A stretch of DNA of 64,000 nt from Mobula hypostoma (Eukaryota). The translations under genes and the position numbers were made by a program. Location of the stretch: NCBI RefSeq assembly GCF_963921235.1, contig NC_086097.1, positions 132,186,001 through 132,250,000 of the forward strand, in the 5' to 3' direction. The notes beneath the pieces are model-generated. The model was not told the origin of the DNA, did no database searches, and was given only the letters and a program-made list of their open reading frames with translations. Positions 62,980-64,000 of this stretch are shown here, piece by piece; the stretch's first letter is position 1; the number at the start of each line of letters is the position of its first letter.

Positions 62980-64000
62980 TTCTACAAAGTCAAACCTAAC
63001 ATCATGAATAGCTATGATGCTTCACTCCCAGATGAGCACAATACCTTCTACACATGCTTTAAAAGGGTGAGCGTAACTACAGCTGTGCAAATCTCTGCAG
63101 CATCTGATGACCCTGTGATTTCTGTCTCAGAGGCCGACATCTTTCAAGAAGGTGAACCCTCGCAAGGCATTAGGCCCTGTTGGGGCTCTGAAAACCTGTG
63201 CCAACCAACTGGTGGGAGTGTTCAAAGACATCTTCAATCTCTTACTGTTGCAGTCGGAGGCTCCCAACTGCTTCAAAAGGGTGACAATCATACCAATGCC
63301 CAAGAAGAGCAGCGTGTGCTGTCTCAGTGATAATCACCTAGCGGCACTCACATCTACTGTGATGAAGTGCTTTGAGAAGTTAGTCATGGATAGAATCAAC
63401 TCCTGCCTAAGCAAGGATGTGGGCCCACTGCAATTTGCCTATCACAACAATAGGTCTACAGTGGATGCAATCTCACTAGCTCTCCACCCAGCCTTGGATC
63501 ACCTGAACAATAGCAATACTTATGCCAAGCTGCAGTTTTTTGACTACTGCTCAGCGTTCAACGCAATCATACAATCAGTTCTAATCAACAAGCTCCAAAA
63601 CTTGGACCTCTGTACATCCCTCTGCAATGGAAGTAACATGTCCTCTTCACTGACAATCAACGCTGGTGCACCTCAAGGATGTGTGCTTAACCTACTGCTC
63701 TATTCTCTCTACACCCACAACTGTGTAGCTAGGCACAGCTCAAAACTATCTATAAATTTGCCAGTGATATAACTATTCTTGGCAGAATTTCACATGGTGA
63801 TGAAGTGGCATACAGGGGTGAGATTGATCAGCTGGCTGAGTGCTGTTTCAGCAATGGCCTTGCATAAAGTGTCAGTAAGACCAAGCAATTGATTGTGGAC
63901 TTCAGGAAGGGTAAGTTGAAGGAGCACACCAGGTCTCATCGAGGGATCGGAAGTGGAAAGGGTGAGCAGTTTCAAGATCCTGGCTGTCAACATCTCTGAG
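62980..64000 (+). mobile_element. Rex1/Babar LINE reverse transcriptase pseudogene, runs off window
   Basis: LKTCANQLVGVFKDIFN, ALTSTVMKCFEKLV, PLQFAY, RSTVDAI, DYCSAFN, GAPQGCVL with deletions and frameshifts. Confidence 0.9.

Overview
Eukaryotic, repeat-rich, apparently intergenic or intronic vertebrate DNA. The mix of CR1, Rex1/Babar, Penelope, RTE, Tx1 and tRNA-SINE families suggests a cartilaginous fish, probably a ray (inference). No intact host gene could be identified. Main features: a frameshifted SPIN/Buster-like hAT transposon (1-1531), a near full-length CR1 LINE with SGNH-esterase ORF1 and APE/RT ORF2 (about 4070-7555), a solo LTR with a 68-bp internal tandem array (24239-25318), a deleted second hAT (61203-61988), many nested LINE/SINE relics, and several repeat-free homeodomain-site-rich blocks that may be conserved enhancers. 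Most notable: (i) a TSD-flanked non-coding retroelement (8618-9181) whose 5' end folds into a near-canonical HDV-like self-cleaving ribozyme with an extra hairpin in L3, supported by covarying base pairs in a diverged relative at 54431; (ii) an RTE-tailed chimeric insertion (51634-52068) that appears to have captured a GC-rich piece of the host ZFTRAF1/CYHR1 coding sequence; (iii) multiple decayed Penelope-type minimal hammerhead ribozymes. Boundaries of old repeats are approximate and family names come from motif recognition, not database searches.
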